In this document: positions 24,044 through 33,846 of the stretch, piece after piece
Numbering within the stretch: the first letter of the stretch is position 1
Layout: each line of letters opens with the position of its first letter
NCBI GenBank assembly: GCA_031427935.1
Contig: JANPOJ010000664.1
Location: 1 to 34,158, forward strand
Reading direction: 5' to 3'
Origin: Ilumatobacteraceae bacterium
Lineage (GTDB): Bacteria > Actinomycetota > Acidimicrobiia > Acidimicrobiales > Ilumatobacteraceae
Length of the DNA: 34,158 nucleotides
Made by a program: the position numbers and the translations under genes
Notes under the pieces: model-generated
Told to the model about the DNA's origin: nothing
The model's database searches: none
Seen by the model: only the letters and a program-made list of their open reading frames with translations

Positions 24044-27000
24044 TCAGGCGCCGATGATGCTCACGCCGAGCTCGGCGAGCTGGGCGTTCAGCTGGGCGAG
24101 GTCGCCGTCGACCAACGCCGCCAAGGCCGACAGTTGGGCGCCGGCCTCGGCGGCGTGCTTGTCGTACACGGCATACGACTGGGTGGTGGGCCGAGCATCG
24201 GCGCTGCCCACGACGGCGGGCAACGAGCTGAGCTTCTCGAACACCTCCTCGCGGTAGTTCAGCGTGTCGCCGTCGGATGTGAACTCGACCTGCACAAGCT
24301 CGCCTTCGACGCTTTCCAGCTGCGCCGTCAGGGCCTGCGTGGCGGCGATCGCGGCTGCCGCCGACTCGTCGTCGGCCAAACGCTGCGCCCACTCGCCGAG
24401 CTGACGTTTCAGTGACCGGATCATGTTGACGCCGGTGGCGATCTCCGACAGCTTGTCGCGGATCTTGATCTGCAGGTCGAACTGCTCGGCAAGGTCGGCG
24501 TCGCCGGTGGTGACACGCGGATCCTTCACCAGTTCGAACGACTGAGTCATCGACCACTCACCGACCCGCAGCGTCGCCTCGTACGTGCCGGGCTTGGCCA
24601 GCGGCCCGCCGGGACGCTTGTGGAACTCGGTGTCGGCCATCTTCACGCCGTCGGGATAGGTCATCGGCCACTGAAAGCTGTTCATGCCGGCGACTGCCGT
24701 GATGTACAACCCGTGGCGGTCCTTCTTGTCTGCAGGAATGGTGCTCGAGAAGGTCTCCACCTCGTTGCCATCGCTGCTGATGGTCAGGCTCGCCTCGCCG
24801 ACCGCGGCTTCGTCGAGGAAGTATGTGATGCGCACGCCTCGCTCGAGGTCCTCGCCAGCATCGATCACTCGCTTGCGGACGTGACCAGTCTCCAGTTCCT
24901 CGATGTAGAACGTGGCGTTCTGGCCGCTGGTGACGTGGTAGTTCTTGCCTCCTGGCGTCCCTCCCCACGCGGCGGCGATGTGCGGCGGGTTACGCACGGT
25001 GTCGCGTGGCTTCAGCAGGTAGTGGCTCGCCGTCAGCAACTCATCGTGCATCTGGTGCAGCGGCGTGAGGTCGTCGAGGATCCAGAACGAGCGCCCGTGT
25101 GTCGCCACGACGAGATCAGTCTCCTTCACCACGAAGTCGTAGATGGGCGTGACCGGGAGGTTGCACTGCAACGACTGCCACGACGCGCCATCATCGAACG
25201 ACACGTGGATGCCGAGCTCGGTCCCTACGTAGAGCAGACCGTGGCGGTTCGGGTCTTCTCGAATGACTCGGCAGAACTCGTGTTGCGGCAGCCCCGCGTC
25301 GATCCGCTCCCACGTGGTGCCGAGGTCGTCGGTCTTGTAGACGTACGGTGCGTCGTCGCCCATCTTGTGGCGGGCCACAGTCATGTAGACCGTGCCAGGC
25401 GTGTGCGGTGACTCGGCGATCATCGTCACTTGCGAGAACTTGGGGAGATCGGGCGGCGTGACGTTGGCCCAGTCGCCACCATCGTTCGTCGACACATGCA
25501 CCAGCCCGTCGTCGGACCCGGTCATCAGCACGCCTTGCTGGTGAGCCGACACCATCAACGAGAAGATCGTCGCGTACATCTCGGCGCCGGCGGTGTCCAT
25601 CGTGAGCGGGCCCGAGACGCCCATCGTCTCCGGATCGGCGTAGGTCAGATCGGGGCTGATCGTCTGCCAACTGTGCCCCTCGTCGGTCGTGCGGAACACC
25701 TTGTTGCCCGCCGTGTAGAGCACGCCGGTGTGGTGCGGTGAGAACACGATCGGGTACGTCCACTGGAATCGGACCTCGGCCGTGTTGCCGTCGTGGTAGG
25801 CCTCCGGCCACACGTTCACGAGCTGGATCTGCTTGGTGGTGTGGTCGTAGCGCTGCAGCGACTCGCCACCGCCGGGTGAGCTGCCGATCGCGCCCACGTA
25901 GACGATGTTGGGATCGCCGGGCTTGGGCGCGACATACCCGCTCTCGGCGGTGCCGGGCGCGTAGCAGTCGGCCCAGTTGATGGCGCCACGACCATCTTGG
26001 CTGGGTACCGCGATGCTCGAGTTGTCTTGTTGCGACCCGTACACCATGTAGGGAAATTGGTCGTCGGTGGCCACGTGGTAGAACTGCGCGGTCAGCTGGT
26101 TGTAGATCGTCGACCACGATGCGCCGGCGTTGAACGACACCCACGCACCGCCGTCGTCGCAGCCGATCATACGGTCGGGGTTGGCTGGGTCGATCCACAA
26201 CGCGTGGTTGTCGCCGTGCGGCGTGTGGAACTCCTCGAACGTCTTGCCACCGTCGATCGATCGCCATGCCTTCATGTTCATCACGAACACCTCGTCGGCG
26301 TCGGTGGGGTGGGCGATGACGTGCTGGTAGTACCACGGGCGCCAGCCGAGGTCGGGCTTCGACGACACCTGCTCCCACGATTCGCCGAAGTCATCCGACC
26401 GGTAGAGGCCGCGCTTGCGGCCTTCGGCTTCGACCATCGCGAACACACGGCCGGAGCGCGCCGGCGACACCGACACGCCGATCTTGCCGAGGGTGCCGTC
26501 GGGCATCCCGGGGCGGTGGCTGATGTTCTCCCACGTGTCGCCACCATCTCGCGAACGCCACAAGCCGCTGTCGGGGCCTCCACTGTTGATCGACCAGAAG
26601 TTGCGACGGGCTTGCCAGATGGTGGCGAAGATGATCCGAGGGTTGTTCGGGTCGAGCGACACATCGACGGCACCGGCTCGTTCACTGACGTGCAGCACGA
26701 GCTCCCAATGCTCCCCGCCGTCGCGCGACCGGTAGAGCCCGCGCTGGGGGTTGTCTTTCGAGGCGTGGCCGAGTGCCGCGACGTACACGACGTCGGGGTT
26801 GTCGGGGTGCACGCGGATCTCGCCGATGTGGCGCGACTCGGGCAGGCCGATGTGACGCCACGTCACACCGGCATCGGTCGACTTGTACACGCCGTCGCCG
26901 TGGGTGACGTCGATGCGTATCGTCGACTCACCGGTGCCGGCGTAGATCACGTTGCCGTCGGACGGTGCGACCGCCAGCGCGCCGATCGAGCCGGTCGTGA

Positions 27001-27193
27001 GGAAGCCATCGGTCACGTTCTCCCAGAACTGGCCGGCGTCGTCGCTCTTCCACACGCCACCAGCAACGGCGCCGAAGTAGAACACCGCGGGGCGTTTCGG
27101 ATCGGCAGCCACCGCCACCACCCGGCCACCACGGGTCGGCCCGATGCAGCGATAGCGGATCTGACTCAGAAATTTCGGATCGACGGTCGACAT
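24044..27193 (-). CDS. BNR/Asp-box repeat double-propeller protein (sortilin/VPS10- or GH74-like)
   Basis: 1049 aa with at least 9 Asp-box motifs S/T-x-D-x-G-x-(T/S/H)-W, for example KSTDAGVTW, RSRDGGEHW, RSRDGGDTW, KTDDLGTTW and SFDDGASW. I see no N-terminal signal peptide. Confidence 0.85.
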   Translation of the reverse strand: MSTVDPKFLSQIRYRCIGPTRGGRVVAVAADPKRPAVFYFGAVAGGVWKSDDAGQFWENVTDGFLTTGSIGALAVAPSDGNVIYAGTGESTIRIDVTHGDGVYKSTDAGVTWRHIGLPESRHIGEIRVHPDNPDVVYVAALGHASKDNPQRGLYRSRDGGEHWELVLHVSERAGAVDVSLDPNNPRIIFATIWQARRNFWSINSGGPDSGLWRSRDGGDTWENISHRPGMPDGTLGKIGVSVSPARSGRVFAMVEAEGRKRGLYRSDDFGESWEQVSSKPDLGWRPWYYQHVIAHPTDADEVFVMNMKAWRSIDGGKTFEEFHTPHGDNHALWIDPANPDRMIGCDDGGAWVSFNAGASWSTIYNQLTAQFYHVATDDQFPYMVYGSQQDNSSIAVPSQDGRGAINWADCYAPGTAESGYVAPKPGDPNIVYVGAIGSSPGGGESLQRYDHTTKQIQLVNVWPEAYHDGNTAEVRFQWTYPIVFSPHHTGVLYTAGNKVFRTTDEGHSWQTISPDLTYADPETMGVSGPLTMDTAGAEMYATIFSLMVSAHQQGVLMTGSDDGLVHVSTNDGGDWANVTPPDLPKFSQVTMIAESPHTPGTVYMTVARHKMGDDAPYVYKTDDLGTTWERIDAGLPQHEFCRVIREDPNRHGLLYVGTELGIHVSFDDGASWQSLQCNLPVTPIYDFVVKETDLVVATHGRSFWILDDLTPLHQMHDELLTASHYLLKPRDTVRNPPHIAAAWGGTPGGKNYHVTSGQNATFYIEELETGHVRKRVIDAGEDLERGVRITYFLDEAAVGEASLTISSDGNEVETFSSTIPADKKDRHGLYITAVAGMNSFQWPMTYPDGVKMADTEFHKRPGGPLAKPGTYEATLRVGEWSMTQSFELVKDPRVTTGDADLAEQFDLQIKIRDKLSEIATGVNMIRSLKRQLGEWAQRLADDESAAAAIAATQALTAQLESVEGELVQVEFTSDGDTLNYREEVFEKLSSLPAVVGSADARPTTQSYAVYDKHAAEAGAQLSALAALVDGDLAQLNAQLAELGVSIIGA

Positions 27194-27240
27194 GGCGGAA
27201 TCCTTTCACTCCGCCGGGCTGGCCTCATAAGCTGCGCCGG

Positions 27241-27474
27241 GTGAGACACCTCCCCGCCCGATTCTGGTTCGAAGCCACCACTGCCGCGATCGGCCTGATC
27301 CTGTTCGTCGTCACGCTCGTCAGCCGTGAGTGGATCGAGGCGCTGACCGGCTGGGATCCCGACGGTGGCAGTGACGCGCTGGAGCTCGCGCTGGCCCTGT
27401 CGCTGTTGGCTGTTTCGGCTGCATCGATGCTCGCGGCGCGCCGCGTCTACCGGCTCGCGGTCGCCTCCGCCTGA
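27241..27474 (+). CDS. small two-TM membrane protein (conserved actinobacterial hypothetical)
   Basis: 77 aa with a GTG start. Two hydrophobic segments (AAIGLILFVVTLV and LALALSLLAVSAASMLA) flank an acidic loop, WIEALTGWDPDGGSD. Confidence 0.6.
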   Translation: MRHLPARFWFEATTAAIGLILFVVTLVSREWIEALTGWDPDGGSDALELALALSLLAVSAASMLAARRVYRLAVASA

Positions 27475-27615
27475 CTCCCACGCTGCGTGGTCGAATCGGG
27501 ACTAACGGCAGTATTTTTGATGCCGGACGACTCCCGACTCGCTCCCCGAATCAGCTCATCATGACCCCACGCCCCCTCGTCGGGGCAGCTGCCGAAAGAA
27601 CAGGAGGCGGCGAGG

Positions 27616-30333
27616 GTGAGAGATCGGTGCAGCGTTTCGCCTCGTTTGTCGGGCGTGACTGCCCACTCACACCGCCGAACCGCCGTTCTCGCCGCCGCAG
27701 CCTTCCTTGTCGCCACCTTTGTCGGGCCTGCATCCGCTGCCCACGCTGATGCGCCGGCCACCGCAGACACCGACCGGCGATTCGTCGCCGTCGCTGCTCC
27801 CGGCGACTCTGACCCACAGTCGCCAGGGCCATCACCTCACTACATCGTTCGCCTCCGCACCAGGCAATCTTTGCAGGCCGCGGTGGTCGCCGAGGCAGCG
27901 CACGGCGACAGCGTCGACACCGTCTGGAACGGGGCGCTCAACGCGTTCACCGCCACGCTGTCGGGGGACGACGTTCGCCGGCTACGACGGGACCCGAACG
28001 TGACCGCGATCGAGCCGGACTCCGTCGTGAACCTCACTACCGATCAAGGCGGCGCGCCGTGGGGCCTCGATCGAGTCGATCAGCGCGCACTGCCCCTCAG
28101 CACCACCTACTCGTACGACACGACCGGAAGCGGAGTGAACGCCTACATCGTGGACTCAGGGATCCGCAGCAGCCATCGCGAGTTCGCCGGCCGGATCGTG
28201 CGCGGCATGTACGTCGACTTCGGCGACGGGACCGGCATCGAGGACTGCAACGGCCACGGAACGCACGTCGCCGGAACCATCGGCGGCACCACATTCGGGG
28301 TTGCCAAGGGTGCCTCGCTGATCCCCGTGAAGGTGTTCGCGTGCAGCGGCAACACGACCACCTCGGCGGTGATCGCCGGGCTCGACTGGATCATCTCCGA
28401 CCACGTTGCCGGCGTACCGGCAGTCGCCAACATGAGCCTCGGCGGGCAGACCTCCGACGCACTCGATGCTGCCGTCAACGCGGTCATCGCCGACGGCGTG
28501 ACGGTCGTGGTCGCCGCCGGCAACGCGTCATCCGACTCGTGCAAGTTCAGCCCGTCGCGAGTGACGGCGGCGATCACCGTCGGCGCATCGCAAGTCGACG
28601 ATGGTGTCGCCGCGTACTCCAACTTCGGACCGTGCAACGACCTGTTCGCGCCGGGGTCGAGCATCTTGTCGGCATGGAACACCAGTGACACCGCGTCGGT
28701 GATGCTCAGCGGCACTTCGATGGCAACGCCGCACGTCGTGGGGGCAGTGGCCCGGTTGCTGCAGGGTTCGCATCTGGCATCGCCCGCGCAAGTGTGGGCT
28801 GCCCTTGATGCGGCGGCCACACCCAACGCGCTGAGCGCGACCTACGGCGGGGATCCGAACAAGCTCCTCTACCTCACGGCGCCACGAGGCACGTCGGCAC
28901 CGAGCGCTCCGTGGGCGGTCGCTGGTGTTGCGGGCGACGAGCAGGTTGCTCTGACGTGGCAGGCGCCGTGGTTCGACGACTCGCTGCCGATCGCGGACTA
29001 CGCCGTGCAGTTGAGGGCGACCGGCGCGCCGTGGTCGACGTTCGCCGACGGAGCCTCCGCCATGACGGGCGCAACGGTCACGGGTCTGGTCAACGCGACG
29101 ACATACGAGTTCCGCGTCGCGGCAATCAACGCCGTGGGGATCGGAGCGCTCAGCGCCCAGGTCTCGCTGACACCGTCGAAGGACGGCGCATCGCTCGCGC
29201 TGCGTGCGGCGTTCACCGCACTGCTACCGCAGCGCGTCTTCGACACGCGCCCCGGCGAGGCACAAGGTGCCGTGCAGGTGCACCAACTGCGATACGGCGG
29301 AGCCAACGTGCTGTCACTGCGGGTCACTGGCGTCGGCGGCGTACCCGTCGGTGGTGTCGGCGCCGTCTCGCTGAACGTCACCGTCGCCGACCCCGTTGCA
29401 GCGGGCTTCGTCACCGTCTACCCCTGCGGCCAGCGACCACTGGCCTCGAACCTCAACTACCTGGCCGGACAGACCGTCCCCAACGCCGTCATCACCCCTG
29501 TCTCCGCCGACGGCAACATCTGCCTCTACTCATCTGCCGACACCTACATCCTGGCCGACATCAACGGCTGGTTCGCCACCGGCGCCGGCCTCACACCGGT
29601 CACCCCAACACGCCTCTTCGACACCCGGCCCGGCGAGGCTCAAGGTGCTGTACCCGTCGGGCAACAGCCGTACGGCGACCTCCAGGTCCACATCACCGGC
29701 GTCGCCGGTATCCCCACCTCCGGGGTCGGGGCCGTCTCGCTGAACGTCACCGTCGTCGGCCCGAGCGACGCCGGCTTCGTCACCGTCTACCCCTGCGGCC
29801 AACGCCCGCTGGCCTCGAACCTCAACTACCTGGCCGGACAGACCGTCCCCAACGCCGTCATCACCCCCGTCTCCGCCGACGGCAACATCTGCCTCTACTC
29901 GTCGGCCGGCGCCTACCTGCTCGCCGACATCAACGGCTGGTTCGCCACCGGGACCGGTCTCACTGCGCTCATGCCGGCACGACTGTTCGACACGCGGCCG
30001 GCCCAAACCCAGGGCGCAATGGTCGTCGACCAACAGTCGTACGGCGACCTCCAGGTCCACATCACTGGCGTTGCCGGCATCCCCACCTCCGGTGTCGCAG
30101 CCGTGTCGCTGAACGTCACCGTCATCGGCCCGAGCACGGCGGGGTTCGTCACCGTCTACCCCTGCGGTCAACGCCCGCTGACGTCGAACCTCAACTACAC
30201 GATCGGACAGACCGTCCCCAACGCCGTCATCACCCCCGTCTCCGCCGACGGCAACATCTGCCTCTATTCATCGGCAACTGCGTACCTCCTCGCCGACATC
30301 AACGGTTGGTTCGCGTCGAGCCCGACCGCGTAG
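27616..30333 (+). CDS. secreted subtilisin-like S8 serine protease: signal peptide, I9 propeptide, S8 domain, FN3, then 3 tandem 123-aa modules
   Basis: An AGGAGG SD lies 8 nt upstream of GTG 27616. Signal-like HRRTAVLAAAAFLVATFVGPASAAHA. Propeptide HYIVRL...NVTAIEPD. Catalytic D/H/S blocks are YIVDSGI, GHGTHVAGT and GTSMATPHV. FN3 region: ALTWQAP...TYEFRVAAIN. Confidence 0.92.
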   Translation: MRDRCSVSPRLSGVTAHSHRRTAVLAAAAFLVATFVGPASAAHADAPATADTDRRFVAVAAPGDSDPQSPGPSPHYIVRLRTRQSLQAAVVAEAAHGDSVDTVWNGALNAFTATLSGDDVRRLRRDPNVTAIEPDSVVNLTTDQGGAPWGLDRVDQRALPLSTTYSYDTTGSGVNAYIVDSGIRSSHREFAGRIVRGMYVDFGDGTGIEDCNGHGTHVAGTIGGTTFGVAKGASLIPVKVFACSGNTTTSAVIAGLDWIISDHVAGVPAVANMSLGGQTSDALDAAVNAVIADGVTVVVAAGNASSDSCKFSPSRVTAAITVGASQVDDGVAAYSNFGPCNDLFAPGSSILSAWNTSDTASVMLSGTSMATPHVVGAVARLLQGSHLASPAQVWAALDAAATPNALSATYGGDPNKLLYLTAPRGTSAPSAPWAVAGVAGDEQVALTWQAPWFDDSLPIADYAVQLRATGAPWSTFADGASAMTGATVTGLVNATTYEFRVAAINAVGIGALSAQVSLTPSKDGASLALRAAFTALLPQRVFDTRPGEAQGAVQVHQLRYGGANVLSLRVTGVGGVPVGGVGAVSLNVTVADPVAAGFVTVYPCGQRPLASNLNYLAGQTVPNAVITPVSADGNICLYSSADTYILADINGWFATGAGLTPVTPTRLFDTRPGEAQGAVPVGQQPYGDLQVHITGVAGIPTSGVGAVSLNVTVVGPSDAGFVTVYPCGQRPLASNLNYLAGQTVPNAVITPVSADGNICLYSSAGAYLLADINGWFATGTGLTALMPARLFDTRPAQTQGAMVVDQQSYGDLQVHITGVAGIPTSGVAAVSLNVTVIGPSTAGFVTVYPCGQRPLTSNLNYTIGQTVPNAVITPVSADGNICLYSSATAYLLADINGWFASSPTA
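29233..30330 (+). repeat. three tandem coding repeats (378, 369 and 351 bp) inside the S8 protease gene
   Basis: The landmark gtctacccctgcgg recurs at 29416, 29785 and 30154, an exact 369-bp period. Modules start at 29233, 29611 and 29980 (R[VL]FDTRP). Confidence 0.95.
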
Positions 30334-30341
30334 ACCGGTCG

Positions 30342-31439
30342 CTACGCGTCGAGGAGACGGAGCAGATTTCGATCGCTGACGGTTGCCGACGAGCGCTCCA
30401 ACACCGCCTCGGCCAACTGCACGGCGCGAGGGCTCATGTCGCAGAACCCACCGATGATCAACGGATACGAGAACAGGAACAGCACACCGACGTCGTAGTC
30501 GTCGTAGCACTGCTCGAGGCTGTAGTCGGTGACGCCGTTGCGCAGGAGCGCCGCATGGTAGTACTCGACGAGCTCCGCCTCGTGTGCCCGCCGCACCTCG
30601 ACGTCGAGGCTTTGGGACAGCATGTACGACAGGTCATGCGCAGGGTTCGACACCATCACGGCTTGCCAGTCGACGAGCATGACGGGGTGCTGCTCGCCGG
30701 TACCGAACATCACGTTGTCGAGCCGCACGTCGCCGTGCACGAACGTCTGTGTGCGTTGACCCATCAGCTTCATCACGCCGCGGAGACCTTCGACGTAGCG
30801 ACTCACTTCCGGCAGCACGTCGGCGGCGATCGCGTGCGGGAACAGCTTCACGCAGTTCTCCCACGTCATGTCCAAACTCGGGGGGAAGGCCTCGGCATAG
30901 GAACTGTCGACGCGCATCGCGTTGTCGAGCAACGGTTGATCGGTGCGACCCCAGAAGGCGGCGTGCAACGGTGCGATCGCATCGATGATCAGCTTGGCTT
31001 CATCGACCCCGACGCCGTCGACCTGGTCGCCACATCGATAGGCCTTGAGGTCTTCGAGGGCGACGATGTTCTCGCCGGTGGTGGTGTCGACCGCGGCGAA
31101 GTAGCAGACCGGCATCGGCACGTCGACCGACGGCGCAACACTGTTGAAGAACGTGACCTCACGTTCGTACATGCGAGTGTTCATGGCGACCGCTCGATTG
31201 GCCTCGACCGGCGTGGCGAACTTCACCACGATCGACTCCGGTCCGGGTGCCGGCCCATCGCCGTCGTAGCCGATGCTCACCCGCACCACGAGCCCGAGCA
31301 GGCCGATGCCTGCACCGACGTTGGTCACCTCGAAGTTGGTCACTGAACGCCCGGGTGTGAGGGCCCCGGCCTCGGTCAGCGCTGTGGTCAACCACTCGTT
31401 GGTCAGTTCTTCCGGCTGCACCGGATATGACTTCGTCAT
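30342..31439 (-). CDS. phosphotransferase-family kinase (APH / EcKL-CHK-like)
   Basis: ATG 31439 with a GAGGGGGA SD. Blocks: VVKFATP (Lys), the catalytic HGDVRLDNVMF (Brenner-type HxDxxxxN) and the downstream LVDWQ motif. Confidence 0.85.
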   Translation of the reverse strand: MTKSYPVQPEELTNEWLTTALTEAGALTPGRSVTNFEVTNVGAGIGLLGLVVRVSIGYDGDGPAPGPESIVVKFATPVEANRAVAMNTRMYEREVTFFNSVAPSVDVPMPVCYFAAVDTTTGENIVALEDLKAYRCGDQVDGVGVDEAKLIIDAIAPLHAAFWGRTDQPLLDNAMRVDSSYAEAFPPSLDMTWENCVKLFPHAIAADVLPEVSRYVEGLRGVMKLMGQRTQTFVHGDVRLDNVMFGTGEQHPVMLVDWQAVMVSNPAHDLSYMLSQSLDVEVRRAHEAELVEYYHAALLRNGVTDYSLEQCYDDYDVGVLFLFSYPLIIGGFCDMSPRAVQLAEAVLERSSATVSDRNLLRLLDA

Positions 31440-31465
31440 CAAGTCCCCCTCGACTCGGATCCTGG

Positions 31466-31495
31466 CCCGATCATGGCACGCGGGCCACCATCGGG
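31466..31495. promoter_or_regulatory. imperfect inverted repeat in the kinase/LAL-regulator divergent region (candidate operator)
   Basis: CCCGATcaTGG (31466-31476), a 9-nt spacer (reading the overlapping copies), then CCAccATCGGG (31485-31495). The outer 6-bp and inner 3-bp arms pair, with 2 mismatches. Confidence 0.2.
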
Positions 31496-31542
31496 CACAT
31501 CGTGAGAACAGCGTGGTGGTCTTACAACCGCCTTCAGCGCCC

Positions 31543-33846
31543 ATGCCTCGGGTAGCGTCGCCAGCGATGCCATCGAAGACGGTCGATCAGCTTCTGGCGC
31601 ACACGCTCGACGCGGCAGTCGGCGGACAGGCCAGCGCGCTCGGGCTGTACGGGCCACGGGGTGCGGGAAAGACCTGGTGGCTCGACCGCACAGCCGACCA
31701 GGCGGCACAACGCACGATGACGGTCATGCGGGCACGGGCAAGCAGTCGAGACCGCGAGCTCACGTTCGGTGGCCTCTCCGGACTGCTGGCACCATGGGGC
31801 GACCGGCTCGACGACCCGGCGTGGGCGACGCTCAGGCCTGTCGTGACGCTCGATCATCGAGAAGTCGACGCGGTCGACGTCAAACTGACCACCTTTCACT
31901 TCCTGTGCGCGCTCGCCGAGCAACAGCCGGTTTGCGTCATTCTCGACGACCTGCACTGGTTCGACGCGGCCACGCTCGAGGTGCTCGAATTCTCCGCGCG
32001 TCGCGTCTCGAGGGACGCGATCGCGTTCATCAGCGCCTCGACTGGTGACGGCCCGATGATCGCGACCACGACGGCCCGCATCGAACCAACCCCAATGCCC
32101 ACGATTCGTAACATGCTGATCGCCAGCGGCCTCGACGACACAGCCGCCGACCGGTGCGCCGAGGCGGCCAACGGCAACCCGGGCATCGCCCGTGCCCTCG
32201 CTGAAGGTCTGACCGATCGGCAACGCTCGGGGTCTGACCCGATTTCGGTGATCCCGCGGCCGAGCGGTGAAGTTGTCGACGAGCTCCAGGCCAGGCTTCG
32301 ATCGATGGGCGACGTCGTGTGCAGATCGCTCGTGGTGGCGGCCGCCGAGCACGGAGGCGACATCGCTGCGGTACGTGCGGCGTTGACAACACTGGGAGAG
32401 CCGATCAGCGGCCTCGATCAAGCAGAATCCTTTGGCGTCATCGACATCGTGGGCTCGCACTTCGCGTTCACCGACCCGTGGGTTCGCACCGTCGCCTACC
32501 ACCTGGTTGCCCCCAGCAGCCGACGGTCCGCGCATCGCGCCCTCGCCGCCTGGTTCGCGATGCCCGAACAGGCCGCTCAGCGCGCCTGGCACCTCGCTGC
32601 GGCCGCCGACGGGCCGAGCCAACCGGTCGCGGAAGCGCTCGAACTCGTGGCGACCGACGCCGCACGACGTGGTGGCATCGCATCAGCGGCGATCACGGCT
32701 GAACGGGCAGCAGAGTTCGGCATCACGTCTCACGATCGTCAGCGCAACCTGCTCGCCGCGCTGCGGTGGTGGATCGACGCCACCTCGACCGAGGGCGTAC
32801 GACGGGTGCTGCGGCTGCTCGATCCGATCGACTTCGACGCGGCAGTCGCCAGGGCCGAGGCGGCCGAGTTCCTCGATGGCGGCGCGGTCGCCGTGCAGTG
32901 GGGCGACGCAGTCGCTCCGGGCCCTTGGGCCGAGGGCAGGACCCATCGCTTGGCGATTGCGAGCGCCCTCGAACGGGGTGACCATCGAGCCGCGCTCCGC
33001 GCCCTCGATACCAATCGGGAGCTTGGCCAAGCGCGCCACGCGCTCGCCAGCGCAGTCGCGCTCCGCCACGCCGGCGAGACTCGCCGCGCCCGAGACGCAT
33101 CGACGGCAGCCGCCGCATTGTTCGATCGCTCCGATGCGTACGCCGCTCGAGTCGCGCTCCTCGTCGTCGTCGATCTCGACATCCTGCAAGGTCGGGGCGA
33201 CGACGCCATCGTCACCATCGAAACGGCTCCGCAGCTTCCGGCCGCGTTGCACGACCAGGCCGCGTCGCTCGCTGCACGAGCGCGACTTCAGCGTGATCCA
33301 GCGTTGCCGCCAACGTCCGAGCCGCTTGCGTTCACGCCACACGGCGAGGGTCCGCTGTTCTACGTGCGCGCCGCGGTCCAAGCCGGGGTGATCAACCGCG
33401 ACCTGTCGTCACTCGTGACGGCGGTGGATGTGGCCGAGCGGCACATGCTTCCGATCGAGGCGGGCGAGGCTCGCCTGTGGCTCAGCGAGTTGCAACCATC
33501 GGCCGATCGATCGAAGACGATCACGCTCTGTCGAGCAGGGCTGCAGCGATGCGGCGTTCGAGCGTGGGACCAGCGCCTGACGGTGGCCGCCGCCGCCGAA
33601 CCGGCTCGACCACGCCGGCAAGCCGACCCCGGTCTGGACGCCCTGAGCCACGCCGAGTTCAGAGTCGCCGAGGCGGTGGCAAGCGGACTCACCAATCGTC
33701 AGGCCGCGGCCGCCCTGATCATCTCGGTGAAGACGGTCGACTTCCATCTGCAGCAGATGTATCGCAAACTGGGGATACGGTCGCGAACCGAACTCGCCGT
33801 GCGAATGACCAACTTCGAACCGGCAACAGGAGGAGTTCCGCGATGA
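31543..33846 (+). CDS. LAL-type large ATP-binding LuxR-family regulator (AAA+/STAND N-terminus, helical repeats, C-terminal LuxR HTH)
   Basis: Walker A GPRGAGKT and Walker B-like VCVILDDLHWFD. C-terminal HTH: LSHAEFRVAEAVASGLTNRQAAAALIISVKTVDFHLQQMYRKLGI. The start is ambiguous (ATG 31543, ATG 31567 or GTG 31513). Confidence 0.88.
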   Translation: MPRVASPAMPSKTVDQLLAHTLDAAVGGQASALGLYGPRGAGKTWWLDRTADQAAQRTMTVMRARASSRDRELTFGGLSGLLAPWGDRLDDPAWATLRPVVTLDHREVDAVDVKLTTFHFLCALAEQQPVCVILDDLHWFDAATLEVLEFSARRVSRDAIAFISASTGDGPMIATTTARIEPTPMPTIRNMLIASGLDDTAADRCAEAANGNPGIARALAEGLTDRQRSGSDPISVIPRPSGEVVDELQARLRSMGDVVCRSLVVAAAEHGGDIAAVRAALTTLGEPISGLDQAESFGVIDIVGSHFAFTDPWVRTVAYHLVAPSSRRSAHRALAAWFAMPEQAAQRAWHLAAAADGPSQPVAEALELVATDAARRGGIASAAITAERAAEFGITSHDRQRNLLAALRWWIDATSTEGVRRVLRLLDPIDFDAAVARAEAAEFLDGGAVAVQWGDAVAPGPWAEGRTHRLAIASALERGDHRAALRALDTNRELGQARHALASAVALRHAGETRRARDASTAAAALFDRSDAYAARVALLVVVDLDILQGRGDDAIVTIETAPQLPAALHDQAASLAARARLQRDPALPPTSEPLAFTPHGEGPLFYVRAAVQAGVINRDLSSLVTAVDVAERHMLPIEAGEARLWLSELQPSADRSKTITLCRAGLQRCGVRAWDQRLTVAAAAEPARPRRQADPGLDALSHAEFRVAEAVASGLTNRQAAAALIISVKTVDFHLQQMYRKLGIRSRTELAVRMTNFEPATGGVPR

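Noticed and set aside
29233-30330. The regular 369-bp periodicity could superficially suggest a CRISPR array or a satellite.
   Set aside because: The repeats are contiguous with no unique spacers. They are far longer than CRISPR repeats, lie in frame inside one ORF, and encode a conserved protein module.
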